Assembly: GCF_026210795.1 (NCBI RefSeq)
Contig: NC_089433.1
Location: 3,410,001-3,474,000 of the forward strand
Source of the DNA: Rhizophagus irregularis
Taxonomy: Eukaryota
Direction: 5' to 3'
DNA length: 64,000 nucleotides
Below the pieces are notes generated by a model. That model was not told the origin of the DNA. It ran no database searches and worked only from the letters and a program-made list of their open reading frames with translations. This document shows, in pieces, positions 23,969 through 37,009 of the stretch. The position numbers and the translations under genes are program-made. Each line of letters begins with the position of its first letter. Position 1 is the stretch's first letter.

Positions 23969-25492
23969 AGAATAATTATGTACAAATATAAAAGAATATA
24001 AGAAAGAAAGGTAATATAAAAGAATGTTTGATATACTTAGAAAAGGAAGTTAAAAGAAGAACAGAGGAATCATGTATAAAGCCACACGAGACGTTAAGAA
24101 ATATAATTGTTAAAAATAATTGCGTGAAAAATTATAATGAAGAAGAGGAAAGAGATAAAATTTATAATGAAAGGATAGAATTAATAGACAATTTAATTAA
24201 AATAGAAATAGATTTTATAGAAATATTAAAGTATAGTATAATATAAAGGGAAAAGAATGATAAAAAGGCGATTTTTGATTATAGATTGTATAAAAGTTAA
24301 AAGTAAAATAACGAATAATGGGAAGAGAAACTTTGAATATATAGTAATGTGGTTAATTAGAGAAAATGAATATAAAGTTGAACATAATAATGAGTTGAGA
24401 TTTAGCGTGAAATATAATTCTATTAATGAAAATGAGTATAAAATTCTTATTAGAAGTTTAATTATAGGAATTTTACTTTTAGGGAAATAAGTGATATAAT
24501 TCTAGGAATTAATGATAATGTCTTAAAACTATTACACGAATTTATGGGAAATTTAAGTAATAATTATTGTTTATAGAAAATTTTTTAGAAAAGAACAAGA
24601 TGGAAATAATTGAATATGCTCATAATGAAATGAAAATGATAGATGAAATGAAAAAGAGATTAGGTTGATGTTAAAAGAGCGAAAAGATAAAAATGAAGAA
24701 AAGTATAATTTAGAATTAATAGACGAGGCTTTATTCAATAGTTCACTCTTCCAAATCGCCTCTGTATAATCTCCTAATATCATTTTCTTTTTCCAAAACA
24801 TATTAAATTCATTAATTATTAGTGTTAAATTAGTAGATTTATTTTTTCTATAATTTTGGAACGAGTTTGATTGGAATGCAACGTTAAAATTTATAAGTAA
24901 TCGCAACAATTTCTCTTTTTGGCAATGTAATCAAAATGATACAAAGGATAGATTTTACAAAATTAAAAATCTAATCAAAGAATTGCAAGTCCTTTATAAA
25001 AGAGAAGTAAATGGAACTATAGAAGATAATGTCCGAGATGTAAAAAGTTTAGTGAGGATTGAGAACATGTTTGGATTTGTGAAGCAAATGATATAGAAGT
25101 AAATGTTTTGATAAAAAATTCCGTTTACGATTACGAGTTAAAATTGCTAGAAGAAAAGAAAAATGAATAAGCTGAAATAGTAAGAGATATTAATTTTGAG
25201 TTTATTAGAACAACCAGCAAAAATACTTTGGGAAAATAAAAAAATTAATTAGAAATATTAGGATAGTAACGAATGATCGGCGAAATAACAGAAGGGAATT
25301 GGATGATAGTTAAAGTGATTTAATAATTTAGTCTAAAATAGATTATATTTATCTTTATTAGATTTAGATTGAACTTAGTTATAGAGAATATTATAATGTA
25401 AATTATTATATTTTCTAGGCGTTTAAATAATTATGTAAACAATTGTATAATTGTTCTTAATTAATAAACGCGTTACTATTTTAAAAAAAAAA
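23969..25492 (+). mobile_element. Older related LINE fragment (its 5' stub lies at ~21260-21338)
   Basis: Paralogous peptides (ECLIYLE, KPHETL, IYNERI, FDWNAT, CPRCKK..EHVWICE); similar 3' end AATAAACGCGTTACTATTTT-poly(A). Confidence 0.8.
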
Positions 25493-26882
25493 TTATATAT
25501 AATTATATTTTCATATCAGAGTTTTAATAATTTGGCGTAATCGAAATATATTGCTCGCCACATTACTAGAGTCTCGCCCGTGGAATTACTACACCATATT
25601 ATCACTTTTCATTGGTTCGTCTATTATAATCGTGGATTAATTTAATTTTTTATGCATGTCAAAAAATAAAATAATCGATATTATCCGGCCTAACCTTGTC
25701 AAACCCATTTACTTAAATCATTTTTTAAGCTTTTTAATAAATTGTTTCAAAATAAAATGTTTAGGTGAAATTATTTTTTTCATTGTACAAATGAAATTTA
25801 ACAAGCAATATAACCCATATACAGTACGTAACAGTAATTCTTTCAACAAGCAATATTTATACTTATTAATTTAAAAAACGATAAATATTAAACTTTAACG
25901 AAATATATCCTATTATTTTCTATATATAACTTGAACGGTGTATTTATAAATAAAAGATCGTATGTACTAAAAACGTGAATATAAAAAGATCTTTATAATA
26001 TATTCATTTTACAAGAAACTCCCACGCAGACAACATCCAATCATATTTATAATAAAGTATAATCAAGGTAAATTGATTTTTAAGTTCTAAATTTTAATTA
26101 TACTTCCTTAGAACTCCCAAGTCGCTTCAGAATTGACGAATCAACTTGAAAGGTATTTAAAAAGATGGTGTGTTTTTTTAATTAAAGATGTTAATTAACT
26201 TCATTAACATTCCATTTATTTTCTTTGTAGAAAATTGGCTTTCGTGGGAACGCAGTGTAAAACGTTGACGGCTGACGACTTATAAATATAAATGTACAAG
26301 TGAAAAATAAATAATCAGTTGTAAATATATTACACGATAACAGAAAATTTTTCATAGCTCATTCAAACTAAGTTCTACAAAATTCTATTAATTGATTTAT
26401 ATTTATTATATCTTTTATTTATTTTTTTTTTCTACTGTATAATTAATAAATAATTAAATTGAGGCGGCCAAAACCTAAAAATTATATAAATTGTGTACTT
26501 TTGGGTTAAGCGATATAAATTATTTTATGTCATACTTAACATTTTTAAAATTAATATAATCAACAACTATTTTTTGTGGGTTACGTCGAATTTGCGTAAT
26601 TTACTAATCCTTTTTTGGTAAAGATTTATTTTGAAATCATTTAATAGCTGTGATCCAGTCTCACATTCTCACGTTTAGATCTTTCCTTTTTTGATTTATC
26701 ATACGATCATACGATGAATTTATTACGTAAATATTGTAAATATTGTATAATTTGATAAACGTCACATAACTATATAAAGTATAGAGTAGATCATTCCAGT
26801 ACCACACAAAATACCTATCAGCTTGAATAAAATCACTCCGCAACCTTTTTCACTTTTTCCAATATTCAAAATAAAAATAAAA

Positions 26883-28277
26883 ATGTCCAAATTAAATAGA
26901 GATATTCTTTATTTAATATTCAAAGAGTTACGTAATGATAAAAAAACTTTTTATTCTTGTCTATCAGTTAATAAAACTTGGTGTGAAATAATTATTCCAA
27001 TTCTATGGAATAATCCATGGAAATATTTAAATGATGATAATAATACAAATGAGAAAATTCTATTGGATAAAATCATTTCACATTTATCAGATGAATCAAG
27101 AAATAATATAAAGAAATTAGGTATTGATTTACCAACAAACTTATATAAAAAACCTTTATTTAATTATATTAGTTTTTGTAGACATTTAAATTTAAATGCA
27201 ATTAAAAGGATAATTATAAATTCTAGAAAAAAAATTATTTTAAAAGAAATTATTCATCTTTTTATTAATGAAAATACAAAATTTACACATCTTTATATAC
27301 CTCAACAATTTAATCATCAAATACATCTTATTCCAGGGGCTGAAATTTGTTTCTCAGAAATTGAATTTCTTAGTTGTAATACAAGTATTAATGATAATGT
27401 TTTAATTGGTTTAATTAAAATGTGTAAACCAATTAAAGAATTGGAACTTTATATTAATATAATTAATAATAATTATAAAATTTCTGAATTAATTGAAACT
27501 CCTAAAAAATTATTTAATGTTCGATTATTAAATAATTATGCTCTTTATTTAAATCATGATGAATCATTTTGTAAAATTATTGAAAATTCTTTAATTAAAC
27601 ATTCAAATACTATAAAATATTTTAAGATAACTAAACAACCTATCACAGGAATTTTATCATATTTTATTAATTTAAAATGTTTAGAATTGAATGGTAATTA
27701 TCATAAATTAGCATGGGATTGTTTAGAAAATGTTTCTTTACCTTTTTTACAAATTTTAAAAACCATTTATGTTTCAACTAAACCTTTAACAAGTTTAATT
27801 GAAAATACTAATGGTTATCTTAATGAAATAATTATTAATGATATACCTCATGATGATATTGATAATAAAAGAATTATTCAAGTTATTTATAAAAAATGTC
27901 CAAAACTTAAATATCTTAAATTAGAATTTAAAAATAGTAATATTTTAGAATTAAATAATTTATTAATTAATTGTCATTATTTAAATGGTTTATTTTTTAT
28001 TAATTCAAAATTTGATTGGAATAATTTATTTGAAATTTTAATTAAATCTTCTCCAATTAATTTATTTAAATTTAAATTTGATACTATTTATGATAATATT
28101 GAAAAAGATTCTTTAAAATACTTTTTTAATAATTGGAAAGGTAAACATCCTTTATTATTACAATTTAATCAAAAAAATTTGGAACAATATAGTGATCTGA
28201 TAGAAAAATATAAAGAAGAAGGAATAATTAAAAAATTTGATTATAATTTATGTAATGAAGATTTTAAGTGGATTTGA
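26883..28277 (+). CDS. F-box-like / LRR (RNI-like) protein of the expanded Glomeromycota family, intronless, ~464 aa
   Basis: Long ORF; N-terminus MSKLNRDILYLIFKEL..FYSCLSVNKTWCEIIIPILWNNPW; LxxLxL repeats (CPKLKYLKL). Confidence 0.8.
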   Translation: MSKLNRDILYLIFKELRNDKKTFYSCLSVNKTWCEIIIPILWNNPWKYLNDDNNTNEKILLDKIISHLSDESRNNIKKLGIDLPTNLYKKPLFNYISFCRHLNLNAIKRIIINSRKKIILKEIIHLFINENTKFTHLYIPQQFNHQIHLIPGAEICFSEIEFLSCNTSINDNVLIGLIKMCKPIKELELYINIINNNYKISELIETPKKLFNVRLLNNYALYLNHDESFCKIIENSLIKHSNTIKYFKITKQPITGILSYFINLKCLELNGNYHKLAWDCLENVSLPFLQILKTIYVSTKPLTSLIENTNGYLNEIIINDIPHDDIDNKRIIQVIYKKCPKLKYLKLEFKNSNILELNNLLINCHYLNGLFFINSKFDWNNLFEILIKSSPINLFKFKFDTIYDNIEKDSLKYFFNNWKGKHPLLLQFNQKNLEQYSDLIEKYKEEGIIKKFDYNLCNEDFKWI

Positions 28278-29183
28278 TTTTTTTCGTTAGTATACAAGGC
28301 TTGATTTTTAGCTATTTTATTATAGTAAGGTAGTAGTAAAGGTACCAAAATTAACAAAGTAACAATTTAAGATTTATCATTGTAATAATTATTCCGTATT
28401 ATTTTTTTATTTACATAATAAATTTATTTAAAGGCAATTATATCTTATTTTTTATTAGAACAGTTGTACACATACCAGATAGTGATCATTAAATTACTTG
28501 TTCGCTCGATAGTCAAAATTACATGATGCTCTTTAAAATTAATGGAGGAAAATTATTTTATTAAAATTACGCGATTACGCGATTGAAGCTGATTGTGGAA
28601 AGATCAGACATCTAAATATCTATCTTTTTGAGTTACCATCTCATCTGCCGTCCTCATACCTACCAACATGTACAGTAAATAACATCAAAATGATACTAAA
28701 ACTCCTCTTCTTAATGTTTGTACGAAAATCTTTGTAAAATTTGGGTAATTTGATAATACGACCAACGTCCACCCGAGAATATAGACGATCACTTGACCAA
28801 ATCAATCATTGGAGTGAGTGACAAAGTTCATCATATTACGCATGGTTCGGAAAATTTTTACAATACTGTATTATAGTCATAGTCACAAAAAGAAATATCC
28901 CTGTCCAAAAAAAAAGTATTAGATTGAACCATTTTTATCAGTAATACACCTGTGATACCCTAATAATTTCAGCCATTTTCAATGTGGTAACAAGTTTGTT
29001 AATTTATTAATTCAAAATATTATCGTCAAATCTTTACCTTTATCGTATCAAGCGCAGAAAATAAACGCTAATCAACATGGTTAATTATATTAATATGGCG
29101 CGCACAAAAACTTTAATAAATGGAATTACCACATATATATGTATATATTTTTATAACCCACATATAAAATAAAAAGCAATATT

Positions 29184-30692
29184 TTATTCCCTAATAATTT
29201 GGTATACTTCATAATCTTCCATAAAAAATTCACCATCATCTCTTATTCTTTTTTCATAATAATATCTCTTTTGATAATGAATTTCATCATAATTTGTAAA
29301 TTCATAGGAAGCGTATATATTGATATCATCTCCAAAGCATGGGCCAGCTGTAGTACTAAACCATAATGCACAATCCGCAACTTCTATATTACTAATAATT
29401 CCATCTTTAAAAAAGATATCATTACTTTTAAGAGAAAAAATAAAACTATCTTTAGCTTCACCCCAATCATAATTAGACTCCCATTTTATAGGATTATATC
29501 CACCAATAATCTCATCCGTTCCTCTTACTTTAATAAAAGTAACAGTATTTGATTTACCATCACATAATTCATGGAATTTTTTAGGAGTTAACCCATCTCG
29601 ACTTCCTCTTAATAATAATTTAAATTTATAAGGTAAATATAAATCTCTAATATAAGCGAATTTGTTATCGGTAACATTATTATCAATCCATCTTGAAATA
29701 ATTGAAATAATTCTTAAATCTACAATCCTTGAATTAATTTTGATATTTCTAGGGAATAAGATGTTTTCATTTTGTCCATTATCAGGATCCATATAAGAAT
29801 TTACTAAATTTTCATAAAGTTGATGTTTTAAAAGTTTCTTATATGGACGAACTTTTCGTACAAATTCTTGAGATGATAAACAATAAAATCTGATTAAAGG
29901 TAAACAATTTTGTAAAGTATTTTTCATTGTATTGAAATCATCATCTGTCCAAGTATCAGGATCTGGAATAAAAGTTGAATTTTTTGCGAGACCCCATTCT
30001 AATACATGTTCCCAAACCTCAACTTCTTTCATTTGTAAATCATCTCTTTCAATGAGCTTAATCAAAGATGTTTCAGGAAGTGAAGTAAAATCAAATGAAT
30101 CGAATATTTTTTCAGGAGATTTAGCCATTAAATTTGTACAAAATTGTTGAATTACTAATAAATTAGTAGATTGAAAACTTATTCGATGAGTAAGTTCAAA
30201 ATTTTGTTCTATCCATTCCGATTTATTTTCAATTAAATACCCTTGTAAATAATCAATTAATTCTTGAAGACAAAGTTCATCTGCAGCGGCTAAAATTTTA
30301 AGGATATCGGAAGTATCTTGTTCATTTAATGAAAGAAAACCACCATAAATATATCTAAATTATGAAATTCATAAATTAAATTAGAAATTTAATCATGTAT
30401 TAAAATTATTTCTTTATATATCAGATATAACTTACTTTAAGATAATCTGAAATATTTCTGGTGATATATTTGGTAATCTGATATGAACTAAATTATTAGT
30501 ATTATTGCTCCTGTTATTGGAAGCTATAATTCGTCGTAAATTTGGAGAACGGTAACATAAAATATTCTTGTGAGCACGGAATATTCTTACATAAGGATCT
30601 TCACCAGCTTCTATCTTAATATCGTAATATTCGTCATCTTCTAATAGTTTAATATAATTTTGACTTAATTTTGAAAAAAACTTTTTTAACAT
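29184..30692 (-). CDS. BTB/POZ-BACK-TLDc domain protein (exons 30692-30436 and 30354-29184)
   Basis: BTB, BACK and TLDc motifs; conserved phase-2 intron before YIYGG. Confidence 0.9.
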
Positions 30693-30913
30693 AGTATATT
30701 ATTTTTTCCTTGAGAAAAAAAATTTTTATTTTCGAATAATTTAAACGGGACAATGTGCTTATTTATTAGTCCTTCGTTACACTTCTGACTAATAATTATT
30801 CGTATAGGTTTCACAAGTGTCCTGTTGTCCGTCCGGCACGTGATGATGCGCAATGATAATGTGCTTCGGACTTGATAACGGTTTCCGCTTCCTAGTTTAC
30901 CTAGTTTATATTA

Positions 30914-31970
30914 GGCCTGTTCAATTTTGATCGTTCGAATTTTTGATCGGGGTTTTGAGTTGATGATTATTGGCTAACAGGATTGTGTAACTTGATCAGT
31001 GACTCGATTTTCATGAACTACTGTAACCTATGCGGCTACGCCCGTAGTAAACTACGTTGCCACCGCAGTCTTAACAAAAATGTAATAATATAATATAGTA
31101 CTAAAAATTATAAAAGTAAAAATCAAAATAAACCCCTTTTTCCTAAGTCAAATTATCTTGCCTTTTATAATAAAATGATTTCATCAAAATAAATTCTAAG
31201 TCCTCCTAAGATTTTTCCCTTGTTCCTTTCTGATGTTTTTCAATTTTGACATTTAACCTTTTTCCTGTCATCATTAGAATTTCAAAAATATCGTTTCCCC
31301 CCTTTTCATTAATATTCAACTTTTCAAAATTTCCTTTTTTTGATCTTCATTTCTATTTCCTTATTCAGTAATTCTCTGACCCTAGTTTCCATTCTCAAAT
31401 AATAGTTTTTTATCACCTGGCTACTAATTGGTATTTAGGATTTTTCCGCCAGTTATAAACTGGCGGACCAATTAGTATATCTAGGATGATAAAAAAGTTA
31501 TTTACTGATCTAGTTTAGTATATAAATGGGCCATCATCCTTCGGATGATAACCCATTTATGTACTACTAGATTAGTAAATAACTAATACTTATCGTTGCG
31601 GATGCTACATTTGTAACATTCCACAATTATAATACTTTGTACACTTAAATTAAATATAATACTGCGCCCACAATTAATAAATTACTCGGTAATTTCTGGC
31701 ATTACACTATTAAAAAGTAGATTTTTTTTTATCGTTTTAACAGAAAATTAAAAACGCGCTTTTGAACGAATCCAAAAAAAAAGAAAAATTTACATGAAAC
31801 AAGTACAAATTAGCGGAAAAAACTACTAACTGACTCAAGAAAAATATGAAAAAAAAATTTATTAATTTTTGAATAAAAAAATTTCGATCAATACGACCTT
31901 TGATTCTGATCACATGTTGTGATCAAAAATCCGAACAATCAAAATCAAAATTGAACAAATTGAACAGGCC
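30914..31970. mobile_element. Non-autonomous TIR element with TA flanks and internal hairpins
   Basis: TIRs GGCCTGTTCAATTTTGATCGTTCG..TTTTTGATC / GATCAAAAATCCGAAC..AATTGAACAGGCC, flanked by TA. Confidence 0.7.
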
Positions 31971-32250
31971 TATTGATATATTGTAGATTCCTTCTAAAAA
32001 AATTTACGTACATTAAAATGATTAGATTATTAGATTACGTATACTGGTGTACAGTTTGAATGTTGATCAAAACATTGTGAGCAACATACTATACTTTGCT
32101 TCGCTATAAAATTCGATATGATCATAAACTGAATATTGGATTTTATTTTTTTAAAAAAACAATTCAGAGACAATTTAATACTAAAGAATATAAAAATAAA
32201 ATAAGAAATACAGTAACCATGCACTACAAATAAAATAAAAAATAATACTC

Positions 32251-33754
32251 TTAATTTTTCACAATTTGAAATATTTCATAATCTTCCATAGAAAATTTGC
32301 CTTCTTGATCTCTTATCTTTTTTTCATAAGAAGTATTTATACAAAAGAACTTACAAAAATTTTCATTTTCATTTAATGAACCTATTGCAAGATCACGATT
32401 AAAACATGGTCCATTTCTTGGGTGATTTGCCATTGCGCAATTAATATTTTTTACATTACTAATGATTGCGGTTTTAAAATTACTTTTAAATGAAAAAATA
32501 AAACTATCTTTAGTTTTAATCCAATTATTAGAAGTTGACCATGTTAAAGGATTATATCCACCAATGATTTCTTCCGCTCCTTCGATTTTAATAAAAGTGA
32601 CAGTAATGAGTTTATCATCACATAATGTATGAAACTGTTTAGCAGTAAAACCATCTCGACTTCCTCTTAGTAATAATTTAAATTTATATGGTAAATATAA
32701 TTCTCTCAAATAAGAAAATTTACGATTAACATCCACTTTATCAATCCATCTTGAAATAATTGAAACAATATTTAAACTAACAATTGTTGAATCAATTACT
32801 TCGTCAATATGAATATTTCTAGGAAGTGAAATATTATCATTTGGTATACTATCAGGATTCATGTAAGAATTTAATAAATCTTTATAAAGTTGAGAGTTTA
32901 AAAGTTTTTTATATGGATCAATATTTTGTAAAAATTCTTTAGATGATAAACTAAAGAATCTGATTAAAGGTAAACAACGTTGTAAAGTATTTTCCATCAT
33001 TCTATAATCATCATCAGTCCAAGTATCAGGATCTGAAATAAGAGTTGAATTTTGCGCGAGACCCCATTCTAATACACGGTCCCAAACCTCAACTTCTTTC
33101 ATTTGTAAATCATCTCTTTCAATGAGCTTAATCAAAGATGTTTCAGGAAGTGAAGTAAAATCAAATGAATCGAATATTATTTCAGGAGATTTAGCCATTA
33201 AATTTGTACAAAATTGTTGAATTTCTAATAAATTATTAGATTGAAAACTTATTCGATGAGTAAGTTCAAAATTTTGTTCTATCCATTCCGATTTATTTTC
33301 AATTAAATACCCTTGTAAATAATCAATTAATTCTTGAAGACAAAGTTCATCTGCAGCGGCTAAAATTTTAAGGATATCGGAAGTATCTTGTTCATTTAAT
33401 GAAAGAATACCACCATAAATATATCTAAATTATGAAATGCATAAATTAAATTAGAAATTTAATCATTTTTTAAAATTATTTCCTCACAACCCACCTTAAG
33501 ATAATTTGAAATATTTCTGGTGATATATTTGGTAATCTAATATGAACTAAATCATTAGTATTACTGCTCCTGTTATTGGAAGCTAAAATTCGTCGTAAAT
33601 ATGGAGAACGGTAACACAAAATATTCGTGTGAGCACGGAATATTCTTACATAAGGATCTTCACCAACTTCAATTGTAATATCGTAATAATTTTCGTCATT
33701 ATCCAATAATTCTAAAAAATTTTGGCTTAATTTTGAAAAAAATTTTACTGACAT
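32251..33754 (-). CDS. BTB/POZ-BACK-TLDc domain protein (exons 33754-33495 and 33424-32251)
   Basis: Same motifs; the in-frame donor is the weak AG|GTGGGT. Confidence 0.85.
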
Positions 33755-35064
33755 TTTATAGAATTTTTCCTTTTTTTAAAAAAAAAGAGAGAAAGAGAGG
33801 TAAATTTTTAATGCGTGTTTATATATCTGGTATGTAGATCTCTAAACAAACTTTAAACCAGTTTTAATCTAGTTTGATATTTTTTATGATCATGTGATTA
33901 TATTATAAATAATGTATTTTGCATGTATGAAATGCGAAATAACAATATATTGTTTTTACAGGAAAATATAATGATAATAACTCAGGAGAGGATTGTGAAA
34001 CTGACACGTAGTTAGTATCACATTAACAAAGGCATAAAAATTTGAGATCTATAATTTTTTTATTAAAATAATATTTTATAAATTATTTACACAATTTAGA
34101 ATAATCATAAGTGCAAACTTACTAGTATATTTATAGTTTGATCAACAACTAAAAGTATAAAAGTTTACTAATTAATAATATTAGGAATGTAAATAAATCT
34201 GAAGTTAACTGTTCAATTACAAAACTGATTTTATTTATGTAAAAAAAAAAATTTTACATGTACTCTACAATCAGTGTTGAACATAGATATGTATATATGA
34301 TAAAATAAAAATAATTAACTAATATAATGTTATAAAATAATAACTTAAACTAAAAATAAAATTTGATTCATTTTATTCATTTGTATCATCTTCGATTGAT
34401 AATCTGTAAGAATTGATTTTGGATTAGATAACTGAAATTCAATTATAATATTTATTAAAAATAAAAAATTATAAGACTTAATTTCTACTGTATTATTATC
34501 AATATTATCAAATTTTGGGATATTTTTTGTAAAAGGATTTAGTAACCGAGATTTATAAATAGCTTGTGTGGATGAGCCAGAGCAGTACTTTCATCAAAAG
34601 AAGTAGGATGTGATCTTCTGTATTTTTCTGCTTTCTCAATTTGTTTTTGAATTTCAAAATGTATTTGTTCTTTTTCAAACCCATATTTACTTTCAAGGCA
34701 TGATTAGAATCACTTGCCGAATATAAGAACATAAATAAATTAAAAATTTCAGCTGCTTTTGGTCTATTATTCGGATTTGAATCCCAACACTGTTTCATTA
34801 AGTCAATGTAACATTTTGGTGCTTCTGGCTCATTAATTTCAGGTCTAATTCCACTGCAGATATTTAATACTAATAACTCATCATGTGCACAATTGAAAAA
34901 GGGGTTGTCTTCCAGTTGCCACAAAATACATAATCATGCCAAAACTATATATATCTGCTGCTTGAGTATAAATTTCCCCTTTTAATACTTCAGGAGCTAC
35001 ATAAGGCATAACTCCATAAATATTATTATGATCATTATTACTAACATCTCCACATAATCCCATA

Positions 35065-35257
35065 AGGACCCCGAGCAATATATAAATAGGTAACAAGAGA
35101 TCGGCACAAATTTACTAATAGCTCTACGCATCTCTTCAGGGCCGGCACTATGTAATTCTGGTCAGAATTATCCAAAAAAGGAAATGATCTACATACTTTT
35201 GGGCTCATTCTACGCAAACTCTCTATTTTTACCTTTTCATGTATTGTTCGGGGTCCT
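35065..35257. mobile_element. hAT-like MITE (193 bp) inserted in the kinase DMG motif
   Basis: TIRs AGGACCCCGAGCAATA / TATTGTTCGGGGTCCT; perfect 8-bp TSD ATCCCATA at 35057-35064 and 35258-35265. Confidence 0.9.
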
Positions 35258-37009
35258 ATCCCATATCTGAAATATAAAATATACTACTACTATTAGTTGC
35301 ACCAGCAATATTTGATAATATATTCCTGTATGAAAATCATGGTGAACCATCTTTTTTTGATGAATTTCTTTAAGACCCGTACTAATATTAAGTAGCATTG
35401 ATATTTTATTGTACCAGTTAAGGTTTCTATAATTTTTGTTCATCCAATTCTTTAAATTTCCGCCCTTTGCATATTCAAGAACTATAATGTAATCCTTTGT
35501 ATCTGGATTTTGAGATATTCCATATATTTTAAGTATTCCTCCATTATCAATTGAATATGATTTAACCTATTAAATATAAAAGAAATTTATTATTAAAATA
35601 TATAACTAAATTAAATTTACAGAAAAATCCTGTACCTCATTAAGAAATTCACTTGTGATATGTTGGGAATTATATAAACATTTTAATGCAACTTTTTTAT
35701 TCTGATTGATTTATTACATTATATTGTAATGGGCCATCTTTCCATATTGCTAAATACACTTTAGCAAATCCACCTTCACCTATTTCTTTAATATTGATAA
35801 ACTGATTATATGGTATCCATTCAAATACTATATCATTATAAGTATTAATTTTTGACTGCATTTCCTGAATTAAATTATTAATTCTTTCATATTTACTGGT
35901 CCAGTTCATAGAACTTTTTCTTGATAAAGCATTTTTTTGACATGGTTTGCACCATTTATAGAAATAGAAATATCTGTAAGTCTTTTACATTTTTCACAAT
36001 AATATTTATTTGGAAAAACTATAATATAATCTCTTGTATTAGGATTTTGAGATATACCATATATTCTATGTTCATTACTAGTACTATTAACCTATAAAAT
36101 AAAGAAGTTTTTTATTATATTAAAGTATTTAATTTAAAAAGAAAATCTTATACCTCATTCAGAAATTCATCGGTAGTAGTATTTTGCGAATTATATAATT
36201 TTAGAATGACTTTTGTATTCTTTCTTCTTATATATTTGTTGTCACAATAATTAACATAATTATAAAACAATCGATCATCATTCCATATTGCTGAATAAAT
36301 CATAGTAAATTCATCTTTTTCTAACTCTTTAATATTATTAAACTGATTATATGGTATCCATTCAACTATAATATCATTAAACCCATTAATATTTAATTGT
36401 TTTTCCTGAACTAAATTATCAATTTTTTCATTTCCGCTGGTCCAATTTTTTTCTAAATCATTAATTTGACATGATTTACACCATTTATAAGTTTTCTTTG
36501 TAAATTTCTTACCACACTTATTACAATATAAATTTCGGAGAATTAAAATATAATCTTTTGTTTCTGGATTTTGAGATATTCCGTATAAATACTTCCCATC
36601 AAAAAATTTAACCTGTAAAATATAAGAAAATTATTATTATTACACTTTACTAAATATTTATTAATAGTGAAAATATATACGTACCTCATTTAGAAATTCA
36701 TTGGTAATACTTTGAGAGTTGTGTAGATATTTACAATTGGCTTTTATATTCTGTTTTCTCGTATATTCATATTTATTTGTATCATATTTTAATAGACCAT
36801 TCTTCAATATTGCTGAATATATTGTAGAAAATTCATCTTTTCCTAATTCTTTGATATAATTGAACTGATTATATGTTATCCATTCAACTATAATATCATT
36901 AGAGTTATTAATTTCTAATTGCATTTCCTGAATTAAATTATCAATTTTTTCATTTCCACTGGTCCAATTTGTAAAATTATTTTTTAGATTATTTATCTGG
37001 CACGGTTTG

